59,104 nt of DNA from a virus (lineage: Duplodnaviria; Caudoviricetes), in IMG/VR virus record IMGVR_UViG_3300036820_000020, positions 1 to 59,104 of that record. One strand, written 5' to 3'. Of this stretch, positions 49,538 through 58,041 are shown one piece after another (within the stretch, counting starts at the first letter, position 1; every line of letters starts with the position of its first letter). The notes under the pieces are model-generated. The model saw only the letters and a program-made list of their open reading frames with translations. It did not search any database and was not told where the DNA came from. A program made the translations under genes and the position numbers.

Positions 49538-50100
49538 TCATGAGACTGATTGACACCATTCACCAAGCCGGCAGCGGGACCGGCCTCGACGGAGCCAATC
49601 TCAGTTGGTCTGACCTCCGCAAGGCTCGCTTCAGCGGTGTATGCCTCAGCCAAGCCAATCTTAGCTGGTCCGACCTCCGCGGGACCGATCTCAGCGGGGT
49701 CAATTTACGCGGGGCCAATCTCCGCGGGGCATGCCTCAGCGGGGCCGATCTCCGCGGGGCCGATCTTAGCGGAGCCGACCTCCGCGGGACCGACCTCAGC
49801 GGGGCCAACCTACGCGGAGCCGATCTCAGCGGAGCCGATCTCAGCGGAGCCGACCTCAGCGGGGCCGACCTCAGTTGGTCCGACCTCAGCGGGGCCAACC
49901 TCAGCGGAGCCAACCTCAGCGGAGCCAACCTCAGCGGGGCCGATCTCAGCGCGGCGGACCTCCGCGGGGCCAATCTCAGTTGGTCCAATCTTAGCTGGTC
50001 TGACCTTCGCGGAGCCAATCTCCGCGGATCCAATCTCCACGGCGCATGCCTTAACGGTACCTGTCTCAACGGACTGTTAAACAAAGAGGTACTACTGTGA
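49534..50100 (+). CDS. Pentapeptide-repeat protein
   Basis: About 30 A(D/N)L(S/R)G units. Confidence 0.92.
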   Translation: MIMRLIDTIHQAGSGTGLDGANLSWSDLRKARFSGVCLSQANLSWSDLRGTDLSGVNLRGANLRGACLSGADLRGADLSGADLRGTDLSGANLRGADLSGADLSGADLSGADLSWSDLSGANLSGANLSGANLSGADLSAADLRGANLSWSNLSWSDLRGANLRGSNLHGACLNGTCLNGLLNKEVLL

Positions 50101-50126
50101 ACATTGCGGAGTACGGGTACTGAGCT

Positions 50127-50333
50127 ATGACTAAACTTGAAAAACTCATGTACGACTCCGGCTATTACGTTGAATCCACTTTCAATACTCGTGCTGGAGC
50201 CGATGGAGCGGCAGACGATATCGAACGTTGCGGACAAGGGCAAGCAACTCAGGTGCGCCGATCCCACGTGGGCTGGACGCTGTGGGTCGAGACGGATAAG
50301 GCGCGCAACAAGCGCGGATTGGCAATTGGCTAG
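50127..50333 (+). CDS. Small hypothetical protein
   Basis: ATG-initiated ORF in the + strand accessory cluster. Confidence 0.55.
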   Translation: MTKLEKLMYDSGYYVESTFNTRAGADGAADDIERCGQGQATQVRRSHVGWTLWVETDKARNKRGLAIG

Positions 50334-50337
50334 AAAA

Positions 50338-50481
50338 ATGACTAAACCCACTCTCTCACTTGTATTGTGTGTTTGGATTCTGATCGCGACTGGCGCATGG
50401 AGACCGATCGCGATCGCAGTCCAAGCCACACGGCAGATCACTACAGTATTGCGCCAGGCATCAGAGGTACTATCGCGATGA
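50338..50481 (+). CDS. Small membrane protein
   Basis: MTKPTLSLVLCVWILIATGAW hydrophobic segment; ATGA-coupled to the next gene. Confidence 0.5.
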   Translation: MTKPTLSLVLCVWILIATGAWRPIAIAVQATRQITTVLRQASEVLSR

Positions 50482-50690
50482 AAACGCTGCTTTTCTTGCT
50501 CGAATGGCTGGGCGGCCCCGGCGACTTTCCAGCCAGCCGCAATAGCAATATGAAAGAACTACTGAGCGCGCGGGGCTCCGCGGCGGTCGAGGCGCGGTTG
50601 ATGCTTCGGGCTCTTTTGGAAGCCTGGCCGGCGCTCCTGCTGGCACTCATGTTTGTTTGCTGGCTGTTTATTCCGGAGGGCCACCGCTAA
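50478..50690 (+). CDS. Small membrane protein
   Basis: GAGG RBS; C-terminal transmembrane segment. Confidence 0.5.
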   Translation: MKTLLFLLEWLGGPGDFPASRNSNMKELLSARGSAAVEARLMLRALLEAWPALLLALMFVCWLFIPEGHR

Positions 50691-50788
50691 TGTTCGCGCG
50701 ATTTGAGTTGGTTTTGCGGCAGCCCTGGTTTTGTGCTTTTATTACCGGGCTGTTCCTGGGCGCCCGGTTTGCCCTGCTGAGTCAGTGA
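50690..50788 (+). CDS. 32-aa hydrophobic peptide MFARFELVLRQPWFCAFITGLFLGARFALLSQ
   Basis: GGAGG RBS; TAATG overlap; not in the ORF track. Confidence 0.5.
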   Translation: MFARFELVLRQPWFCAFITGLFLGARFALLSQ

Positions 50789-50794
50789 CAACGC

Positions 50795-50956
50795 ATGAAT
50801 AAAATGAATGTCTTTGATGATGAGGTCGAATGTGCCGCTCAATCCGACTGCGAGCTCATAGTCTTCCTAGCGCTATCCGGACTTTCGCTTTTCGAAGCGC
50901 GCGCATATATCAATTCCATCGATTCCACCATCGATATGTGCTCAAACACTAACTAA
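50795..50956 (+). CDS. Small hypothetical protein MNKMNVFDDE...
   Basis: Fills the gap; not in the ORF track. Confidence 0.4.
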   Translation: MNKMNVFDDEVECAAQSDCELIVFLALSGLSLFEARAYINSIDSTIDMCSNTN

Positions 50957-50991
50957 ATCAAACAGTCCCCTTTTGAGAAGGAGAAAAAACA

Positions 50992-51222
50992 ATGCAACAC
51001 GACGGAAGCTGCGATAAAACGTGCGGTCACGCGCTCGACACCATAATCGTTCCCTACACTCAAGCCGTCCAACAGCTTTTGGACCACGATCCTCGCGTGG
51101 TCGAATACGAAGAAATTGACAGCGAATGGCTGGAAGTTGTCTATGCTTACCGCCGGACGGTGGCCGCGATCTACTACGCCGCAGCCGCGCAGTTGCGGAT
51201 AAAAGAGTTGGCTGGACGCTAA
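50992..51222 (+). CDS. Small hypothetical protein
   Basis: AAGGAG RBS. Confidence 0.65.
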   Translation: MQHDGSCDKTCGHALDTIIVPYTQAVQQLLDHDPRVVEYEEIDSEWLEVVYAYRRTVAAIYYAAAAQLRIKELAGR

Positions 51223-51291
51223 AAGGAACGCGCGGGGCTCCGCGGCAATCGAGGCGCGAGTCAGTGACGCCCAGGCCAAGGAGACCCGCGT

Positions 51292-51355
51292 CCAGAAGTC
51301 CAGAAGTCAGAAGTCCAGAAGTCAGAAGTCCAGAAGTCAGAAGTCCAGAAGTCCA
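51292..51355. repeat. AGAAGTC(C) heptad/octad array
   Basis: About 8 units; inverted copies at about 51474-51495. Confidence 0.85.
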
Positions 51356-51371
51356 GGACCCTTTTCCCATG

Positions 51372-51414
51372 CACCCCGAGGAGCCTGACGGCTCTCGGGG
51401 TGTTTCTGTTTTTA
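51372..51414 (+). terminator. Intrinsic terminator
   Basis: CACCCCGAG..GAGC...GCTC.TCGGGGTG hairpin followed by TTTCTGTTTTT. Confidence 0.65.
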
Positions 51415-51453
51415 CAATGAAAAAGACCCTACACGCCGCTTCCAATCGCGCCG

Positions 51454-51466
51454 TGTAGGGTCTACA
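51454..51466. promoter_or_regulatory. Palindromic site 8 TGTAG-GGT-CTACA
   Basis: Intergenic; extra half-site at about 51424-51435. Confidence 0.75.
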
Positions 51467-51496
51467 TCGCTACGAACTTCAGACTTCTGACTTCTG

Positions 51497-52579
51497 TTAG
51501 TTCCGGGAGGCCATTTCTGGCACATTCAGGCCAATCTCGGCAAAGTCATCTACCTGAATCCCTGGCTGGGATCGGAGATAGCTTGTACTAACTGGCAGTT
51601 TTTCCGATTCCTCCAGGATCAATTCCAGAGCCGAAGTTTTCAGCCTGTCGCCGCTTCCAAACAGCGCTGATTCCGCCCGGCCATCGCCTTTCGTAGTCCT
51701 GGCGTGGTCAGTGTAGTTTGTAATCGCGTTTAGCAGGCACAATGGCGTGCCGGCTTGGACCGGGAACGCGCTGTTGTCATTCGATTCATAAAGCGCCGAG
51801 ATCGCGGCAAGTATGTTATCTCGCCTGGCCGAATGGACTTCTTTCGATTCATCTTTGGCTTGCTTGCGAATGGGAAACAATCGATCGAGGATAGCCGCGT
51901 AGCTGTCGTGAGTCATCCGCCGGCTAGCCAGAAAGTTCAGCTTTTGCTCGACTGTCTCTGTGTCTTTTCGAAAAGCTTGCAAAGCCTGTTGGGCGTCGGC
52001 GATTTTGGCGCCGGCGTTAACCGTATGCCGAATTTTGAATTGCGCGGAAGCGTTCTCGCTGAGCGCGACATTCAAAGTGTTTTGGCAAACAACTCTTTCG
52101 ATACAAGTCCGGAGCTGATAGCTCATAGATCCGTCATGCCCCGTGGCGAACAGTAGATACGGTTTGCTTTCGTCTTCGCCGACGTGAATCCGCAGTCCCA
52201 GGTCCGCCAAACCCCATACGACTTCGCCTTTCCCAAGTGCTCCCGCGGTTTCGTAGTGGGCGCCATCCGTGGCTGTCATCAGCTTATCGATCAATTCAAA
52301 TCCGGATGCGTGATTGATAATACGGTAGTCTTTGCCAACTGTGCCAAGGAATTCCGCGGCGCCGGCATTCTTCATAATTTTGTCCTGATGGTTCCAGCGG
52401 AACACTCCCCAAGCTTCAACTGGCCGATTCAGACTGTCTTTGAGCTGTGACTTGAACACGTCGAAGTCCAGGCCTCCGGCGGCCAAGATTTCCTGCCAGG
52501 TCATATAGCGGCCAGTGACCTGTCCGAGTGAATGCCAAGCCGCCTGCCGTCCGATATAAGTGTTGATGTTGTGTGCCAT
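51497..52579 (-). CDS. DUF932 family (phage/plasmid TIGR03299-like) protein
   Basis: AWHSLG, YETAGAL..G, HDGS, RVVCQNTL, IRHT and NAITNY.DH motifs. Confidence 0.88.
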   Translation of the reverse strand: MAHNINTYIGRQAAWHSLGQVTGRYMTWQEILAAGGLDFDVFKSQLKDSLNRPVEAWGVFRWNHQDKIMKNAGAAEFLGTVGKDYRIINHASGFELIDKLMTATDGAHYETAGALGKGEVVWGLADLGLRIHVGEDESKPYLLFATGHDGSMSYQLRTCIERVVCQNTLNVALSENASAQFKIRHTVNAGAKIADAQQALQAFRKDTETVEQKLNFLASRRMTHDSYAAILDRLFPIRKQAKDESKEVHSARRDNILAAISALYESNDNSAFPVQAGTPLCLLNAITNYTDHARTTKGDGRAESALFGSGDRLKTSALELILEESEKLPVSTSYLRSQPGIQVDDFAEIGLNVPEMASRN

Positions 52580-52771
52580 TTTTCTACCAGCCCTTTCGTA
52601 TCTGGTAAATCAAATAATGCCACGGTCCTATCCTCTGTTACAAAAGGCAACATAAAATATCTGTGGAAAACTTTATAAAATTGTTGAAAACATTGGCAAT
52701 GTGGTTTTTCATTTTTTGTACGAACAATGCATTTCAGGCTATTATTGTGACTGTAGGTTAGAACAACCGAG

Positions 52772-53029
52772 GTGAACACAATGAACACAATGAACACAAT
52801 GAACACAACAAACGCGCCCGAGACGGCAGAAATGCAAATACTAACCAGACACCCCTGCGGCAAGCCAATGCCGTACCCGTCTGGCTGGAGTGGAGGCCAA
52901 GTCTGGAACTGTCCAGAATGCGGAGGAAACTGGGTGGAGGGGGAAGAACAACGCCATGAAACTGTGACGGAATGGATCACGCTGGTCGCGCTAATCACGC
53001 TGGCGTCAATTTTGCAAGGTGCAAAATGA
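52772..53029 (+). CDS. Small Zn-ribbon/membrane hypothetical protein
   Basis: GAGGTG RBS; MNT repeats; CPECG motif; hydrophobic tail. Confidence 0.55.
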   Translation: MNTMNTMNTMNTTNAPETAEMQILTRHPCGKPMPYPSGWSGGQVWNCPECGGNWVEGEEQRHETVTEWITLVALITLASILQGAK

Positions 53030-53086
53030 TTAACCTAGCGGGCTTAAGCCTATCTGGCACGCCGTAGAATTCCGCAGATCGGACGG

Positions 53087-53869
53087 CTACTGCATCCGCA
53101 TCATCTCGGTGAATTCGTCCAGGTCTTTATCCCATTCCCGCTGGTCTACCGCTGTCTGGCTCAACATGTTTTTCAGCCGGTATTCCGGCGGGATTGGTTT
53201 TGTAGGCTCTCCAAAGAATCCACGGATTTTGCCGTCTACTCTTTTGACATTCCGCGGCTCGTAAAAGGTAGCTAACGCCTCCGCGGCCCTGTCACGGCTG
53301 GACATTCCAGGCATTCCCGGCAGATACGGCACAATACCGCGTAAAGAGACGTAGTGGAATCCAAACTGGCGCGTGTACTGTTCCATTCTCCAATCAAACT
53401 CGCCGCCGTAGGGATAAAAACGCTTCCAGTTTGGACAGGTCTCGCCCGCCATATCTTTCAAGGTACGGGCGAAATTGCGCGCATATCCGCGTGGCACAAC
53501 GAAAATCCCAGCACAGCACGAACAGGCTGCCTGCCACAAATCAGTCTCATAGTCGCGCCCAATCACTTCCAATCCGCGGCCTGGTTTTTGTCCAATCGCG
53601 GCGCCTTCGATGCCCCGGTTGCCGGCACTATTCCAAACTTTCAGACCAGCGTACTCGATTCCTCCATTCTTTTGTGGCCGTCTCCGGCAGCCGCAGGAGT
53701 AAACGGAAGCGTAGTAAAGCTGCCGGTAGTTCACTTCTATCTCTTGGCCACACTCACAGAGGCACACAGCTCCTTCCCGCCAGGAATCAGGGTCTACTGA
53801 CCTGGAAATTCTTAAAAGAGTGCCTTTGACTATCTGTTTGTCTTTGAAAACATTAGACTTAGTTAGCAC
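53087..53869 (-). CDS. Hypothetical protein with homing-endonuclease-like CxCxCG...SCGC motifs
   Basis: AGGAG RBS; CLCECG and SCGC motifs; no HNH or AP2 core recognised. Confidence 0.6.
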   Translation of the reverse strand: MLTKSNVFKDKQIVKGTLLRISRSVDPDSWREGAVCLCECGQEIEVNYRQLYYASVYSCGCRRRPQKNGGIEYAGLKVWNSAGNRGIEGAAIGQKPGRGLEVIGRDYETDLWQAACSCCAGIFVVPRGYARNFARTLKDMAGETCPNWKRFYPYGGEFDWRMEQYTRQFGFHYVSLRGIVPYLPGMPGMSSRDRAAEALATFYEPRNVKRVDGKIRGFFGEPTKPIPPEYRLKNMLSQTAVDQREWDKDLDEFTEMMRMQ

Positions 53870-53970
53870 AAATCAACTCCTAAAACAGCCGCACAATTAA
53901 TTTTATATCACGTGACGCCCCTTATATAGAACACAAAAAAGCTTTATAAGATAAGAGGTCTAAGACCATA

Positions 53971-54015
53971 TGGACTGTGGACTGTGGACTGTGGACTGTG
54001 GACTGTGGACTGTGG
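53971..54015. repeat. (TGGACTG)x6 heptamer array
   Basis: Read directly from the sequence. Confidence 0.9.
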
Positions 54016-54110
54016 ATCATATGGTCCTACAGGTCCATATGGACTACGCGCGCGCGTGTATGTTCGCTATATGGGGCGTCACGCTATATATAAAATATCC
54101 GATTTATCCG

Positions 54111-54123
54111 TGTAGGCGCTACA
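54111..54123. promoter_or_regulatory. Palindromic site 9 TGTAG-GCG-CTACA
   Basis: About 100 bp upstream of the HTH-parB promoter. Confidence 0.8.
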
Positions 54124-54130
54124 TGCCAAC

Positions 54131-54196
54131 GGAAGTCAGAAGTCGGAAGTCAGAAGTCGGAAGTCAGAAGTCGGAAGTCGGAAGTCGGAAGTCAGA
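54131..54196. repeat. (RGAAGTC)x9 heptamer array
   Basis: Lies between the palindrome at 54111 and the promoter at 54225; same unit as the 51.3-kb array. Confidence 0.9.
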
Positions 54197-54224
54197 AAAC
54201 GCCAAATCAGAAAATTATTGATTA

Positions 54225-54253
54225 TTGACTTCACCGGCATCTATTGTTACGCT
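54225..54253 (+). promoter_or_regulatory. Promoter of the HTH-parB-replication operon
   Basis: TTGACT-N17-TACGCT with an extended TG; ATG at 54263. Confidence 0.55.
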
Positions 54254-54262
54254 GGTGTGCTA

Positions 54263-54619
54263 ATGCCGGAAAATCTACCACCGGGACCACCGCCGGAAAT
54301 CCCGCCAGCGTCAAAAATCCCCCGGTCGCCGCTTTTTCCCAATCGCGGCGCCGGCACATCTGGAAAGAAACCGGTCCTATACCCCGATATCAGTTTTCAG
54401 TTGCTAGGCCAGGCGGTCGGCATAGATCCGACCTACGCTGGCAGGATTATGAACGGCAAAGTCCGCCCGTCGATGCAAGTAGCGGAACGGTTGGCCGCGG
54501 TGATGGGATGGACGGTAGACCAGGTGGCCGCGTTATACCACAGCCAAAAAACCGAGGCACTCAAAAGAGTCAAAAGAGTCAAAAGCGTCAAAAGAGTCAA
54601 AAGCATCCGAATGAGTTAA
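54263..54619 (+). CDS. XRE/Cro-like HTH transcriptional regulator
   Basis: LGQAVGIDPTYAGRIMNGKVRPSMQVAERLAAVMG. Confidence 0.8.
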   Translation: MPENLPPGPPPEIPPASKIPRSPLFPNRGAGTSGKKPVLYPDISFQLLGQAVGIDPTYAGRIMNGKVRPSMQVAERLAAVMGWTVDQVAALYHSQKTEALKRVKRVKSVKRVKSIRMS

Positions 54620-54621
54620 AA

Positions 54622-55887
54622 ATGGCAAGAGTAGAAACCAACGTCGAAACCGGGAGCGAAAGTGAAAGCGATCTGCTTCTACTTCACTCTCCGCTTACAG
54701 ACCGGATCGTTTTCGTTCGTCCAGCCCGTCTGAAGATTGAAAAACTCAACCACGCCAGGCCAGGACCAACTCCACCGCAAGAGCAATCCAGACTCTCTTC
54801 ACTAGCCCAGTCTATGAGGGAGAATGGCCAGTTGACTCCTGTACTAGTCACTGAGTATAGCGGCAGCGGCGGTAACGGCTCCTGGGACTACGCTTTGATC
54901 GACGGTAGGCGCCGGCGTGACGCCGCGCTCCTGATCGAACGCGAAGACAGCATGGAATTCCCATTAGCCTGTGTGGTCGCGTCCGGTCTAGACGACCCTT
55001 TGAAAGCTGGCATCCACGCCAACAAACACGCCCCTCTGACCCCTTTGCAATTCGCCTATCTGTGTAAGCAAGTCAGAAAAGTACACGGATGGCATGGCAC
55101 AAAGGAAGTCGCGGAGTACCTTGGGGTGTCTAGAGCGCAGGTTAGTCAACACGACAAGTTGCTTACCAGACCGGAAGGCATGACCAAGTCCGCCTATGAA
55201 GACCTGTTGTCCAAGGTGGGAAGTAGGCGATGGGGTAGCGAAGCGGCTTTCTATACTCTTACGCACGTAGAACCAGTAAAAGCCGATCAGGTGATAGCCA
55301 GAGCGGAGGAATTGGCCACTGAAGAAACCGGGGAAACCGAGGAATTTTCTGAAGTGCCCGAAGAATCGTCAGAATCGCCCCAGGAAGCATCGGAATACGA
55401 AGAGAGCCAGTCGGATACCTCTACCCCTCAACAAATCGATCCTGGAGAGTCTGAGACGCGGCAAACAGGCAAAGAGAAACGGGTGAGGAGTGACGGGAAG
55501 CGTGACAAAGACATCAAAACACCGGAATGGATGAAAGAACAGAAGCAGAAATCGAAAGAGAGAGTAGCGGCCAAAAAAGCGGCTAAAACGACAGCTAAAG
55601 AGACAGCCAGACCGTCCGCGTCTGTTGGACGCAGGCATGTTGAAAAAGCGGCCAGGGAAGCCGCGGCTCTCAAATCGACGGCGCCGCAATCGCAATCCAG
55701 AGGCGTTCCGGATCTCCTTCGCCTTTTGGAATTACTAAGTGGAGATGGATATCCGAAACTGATGAGGGAGTTTGCGGATGCGCTGCGGACTTCCTGGTGG
55801 ACAGGCCAAGTCGATGATGAACATATCGTGTGGCGGTGGGAGGCTATCGCTTCCGATGTCAGGTTCAGGTACGAGCGGGAAGGTTAG
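54622..55887 (+). CDS. ParB-family (KorB/Spo0J-like) protein with HTH
   Basis: LAQSMRENGQLTPVLV, LIDGRRR (GxxR CTP-binding patch), HAN, and HTH TKEVAEYLGVSRAQVSQH. Confidence 0.85.
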   Translation: MARVETNVETGSESESDLLLLHSPLTDRIVFVRPARLKIEKLNHARPGPTPPQEQSRLSSLAQSMRENGQLTPVLVTEYSGSGGNGSWDYALIDGRRRRDAALLIEREDSMEFPLACVVASGLDDPLKAGIHANKHAPLTPLQFAYLCKQVRKVHGWHGTKEVAEYLGVSRAQVSQHDKLLTRPEGMTKSAYEDLLSKVGSRRWGSEAAFYTLTHVEPVKADQVIARAEELATEETGETEEFSEVPEESSESPQEASEYEESQSDTSTPQQIDPGESETRQTGKEKRVRSDGKRDKDIKTPEWMKEQKQKSKERVAAKKAAKTTAKETARPSASVGRRHVEKAAREAAALKSTAPQSQSRGVPDLLRLLELLSGDGYPKLMREFADALRTSWWTGQVDDEHIVWRWEAIASDVRFRYEREG

Positions 55888-55946
55888 GAAGAATAAGTGT
55901 TTTTTATGTGACTGGCGCGCCGTATAAGAATTTATCTGTACGTTGT

Positions 55947-57275
55947 ATGGCTCAAAGTGATACATTTTACAACGTGCCTATCGCCGCGGCGCCACTAACT
56001 GATTCTGATTCTTCGTCTTATTCTAAATTGAGACCGTTCCTGGTATCTTCCACACGGTCTCCTCTGGCGGACCCTAAAACACCGATCCATAGACTAGCCT
56101 GCGCCATCCAGTCCTACTTATACTTTCCAGATCCAAGTCCGTTATATGCGGTATGTGGGACTGTAATAGCAAATAGTCTCCGTGGTTATCCGGTATGGCT
56201 CATGCTGATCGGACCGCCGGAATCGGGTAAGACGGAACTATTAAAACCGTTATTGGGAATAGACGGCTGCGTCGAGTGCGGGGATATCTCGGGCAAAGGC
56301 GCGTTGCTATCGGGAACGCCGGCCTCCCAACGAACCCAGGATTCTACAGGTGGACTGCTCAACACGATAGACAAGCAGAGAGGCGTCCTGGTCATGCTGG
56401 ACTTTGCCAGGACAGTCCTGGCCTCGGATATGAGGGAGATGAGATCGACCCTCGGAGCGATCGGAATGCTCCATGACCAGCATTACAAAAGATCAATTGG
56501 AGCCGACGGCGGACGGTCTATCACTTTCGATGGCAAGTTAGGCTGGATAGCGGCTTCGACAGACGCTATAGACCACCCGGATAACCACCAGGCTAATTCA
56601 GAAATGGGAGACAGGTGTCTCTATTATCGCTATCCTGTCTCGACCGGGTATCACGAGATATCGAGCGCCTTGGATAATCCCGACAGCAGTTATAAGACTC
56701 AAAAGATCCAAGGGCTATTCAAGACCTGGCAAGAAGAGATCGGGTTGGATTGGGAGCATCTGGCGCCCCCGCGGACGCTTGAAGAAGATGAGAAACGGCG
56801 GGTATCGGCGCTCGCGCAGTTTTGCGCGAGAGCCAGGTCAGCCGTTTACCGGGATCGCTGGAGACAGGAGGTAGCGGGGATATCAAGGGCCGCGCTGGGG
56901 CCGAGAATAGCTAACTCGCTGGCTCAATTGCTTCGCGGCATGGAACACATCGGATGTACGCAAGAGGAAATCTGGAAGGTGTTGTGTCACACCGCTATAG
57001 ATTCTATACCCGCTGTCAGAGCGCACATTCTAAAACTGTTACAGGAAGACAGACAGACATTGCAGGAAGTCGCCGACAAGATACAGATAGCATTGCCCGC
57101 GGCCAAAAGAACGATAGAGGATTTGCGTATCCACGACCTTGTAGCGCCTACACGGCCTAACGGTCAGTCTGATGGTCAGTCTGATGGTCAGACGGGCGGT
57201 CAGACCTGGACACTCAGTGAGAAAGGGAAAGGCCTGTTGGATTTTGGATGGCAGGGATCTAAAATAGAGACTTGA
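55947..57275 (+). CDS. AAA+/MCM-like replication ATPase with C-terminal winged HTH
   Basis: PVWLMLIGPPESGKTE, GGLL, VMLDF and DRCL motifs; C-terminal TLQEVADKI...AKRTIEDL. Confidence 0.75.
   Translation: MAQSDTFYNVPIAAAPLTDSDSSSYSKLRPFLVSSTRSPLADPKTPIHRLACAIQSYLYFPDPSPLYAVCGTVIANSLRGYPVWLMLIGPPESGKTELLKPLLGIDGCVECGDISGKGALLSGTPASQRTQDSTGGLLNTIDKQRGVLVMLDFARTVLASDMREMRSTLGAIGMLHDQHYKRSIGADGGRSITFDGKLGWIAASTDAIDHPDNHQANSEMGDRCLYYRYPVSTGYHEISSALDNPDSSYKTQKIQGLFKTWQEEIGLDWEHLAPPRTLEEDEKRRVSALAQFCARARSAVYRDRWRQEVAGISRAALGPRIANSLAQLLRGMEHIGCTQEEIWKVLCHTAIDSIPAVRAHILKLLQEDRQTLQEVADKIQIALPAAKRTIEDLRIHDLVAPTRPNGQSDGQSDGQTGGQTWTLSEKGKGLLDFGWQGSKIET
57140..57152. promoter_or_regulatory. Palindromic site 10 TGTAG-CGC-CTACA
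   Basis: In the 3' end of the ATPase gene; exact 16-bp inverse of sites 7 and 9. Confidence 0.75.
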
Positions 57276-57307
57276 CAAATATAGATTTAACAGGTATTGT
57301 TGAACAC

Positions 57308-57562
57308 GTGATTGCGGCAATAGTTCAAGCAGGATATCAATGGTCGTGGTCGTGGTCGCGGTCGGGGTCGCGGTCGGGGTCGTGGTCGTGGCCGGGGTCT
57401 CGGTCGTTGTCTTGGTTGTGGTCGCGGTCGGGATCGGGGTCAGGGTCGCGGTCGCAGTCGTGGTCGTGGTCGTGGTCGGGGTCGGAGTCACGGTCGTGGT
57501 CGTGGTCAGGGTCGGGTTCGAAGTTAAGCAAAGGAAAACAAAAATGGCAAACGAAAACGTAA
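57308..57562 (+). CDS. Ser-X repeat peptide, unit 0 (MIAAIVQAGYQ-WSWSWSRSG...)
   Basis: Start is GTG 57308 or TTG 57272; divergent leader; Ser at alternating positions. Confidence 0.6.
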   Translation: MIAAIVQAGYQWSWSWSRSGSRSGSWSWPGSRSLSWLWSRSGSGSGSRSQSWSWSWSGSESRSWSWSGSGSKLSKGKQKWQTKT

Positions 57563-57828
57563 AAACAAGCTTTTGGATCGTGGGCAAATCCTATCTGATC
57601 CGGACTGTAACAATGATCGACACGGGTATCCTCGTCTCGATAGACGAACACGAAATAGTCTTATCCGATGCCGCTTGGATTGCCGACACTGGCAGATTTA
57701 GCGCCGCTCTGCACTCCTCTGACTTTCTCGAAGTCGAACCGTTCCCGGACGGGACGCGGGTGGCTATTGGCCGCGGAAGTGTTATTGACGCAGTACAGAT
57801 TCCCACGGCGCCGCGAAAATTAAAATGA
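57544..57828 (+). CDS. Small Sm/LSm-like beta-barrel protein (DUF6948-like)
   Basis: AAGGA RBS; VGKSYLIRTVTMIDTG.LV......VL.DAAWIADTGRF...EVEP......GRGSVIDA. The fold is inferred from the strand pattern. Confidence 0.65.
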   Translation: MANENVKTSFWIVGKSYLIRTVTMIDTGILVSIDEHEIVLSDAAWIADTGRFSAALHSSDFLEVEPFPDGTRVAIGRGSVIDAVQIPTAPRKLK

Positions 57829-58037
57829 ACGCTGCCGTCTTACTGACTGTATACGAACAGTCGAGTTGGTCGCGATCGCGGTTGGGTTAGCGGTCGTGGT
57901 CGCGGTCGTGGTCGCGGTCGGGGTGGTGGGTGTGGTCGGGGTCGCGGTCTGGGTCGCGGTCGGGGTTGGGGTCGCGGTCTGGGTCGCGGTCGGGGTTGGG
58001 GTCGCGGTCACAGTCGGGGTCACGGTCGAATTGGTGA
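57825..58037 (+). pseudogene. Ser-X repeat peptide, unit 1, with premature TAG at 57888
   Basis: MNAAVLLTVYEQSSWSRSRLG*RSWSR...SNW*. The frame stays open to the conserved SNW-TGA. Confidence 0.7.
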
Positions 58038-58041
58038 GGTC

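Noticed and set aside
49550-50441. Overlapping SAGPI/RSAPL repeat ORFs
   Set aside because: Shadow frames of the pentapeptide-repeat gene.
53201-53213. Eleventh palindromic site TGTAG-GCT-CTCCA
   Set aside because: One mismatch and no extended flanks, so it could be chance; not counted.
53970-54221. ORFs made of heptamer repeats (also 51126-51458 and 50942-51445)
   Set aside because: Translations of non-coding repeat arrays with no RBS.
57888-57890. Genome-wide TAG recoding
   Set aside because: Several genes end properly at TAG (e.g. 4576, 12494, 37895), long ORFs are intact in code 11, and no suppressor tRNA was seen.
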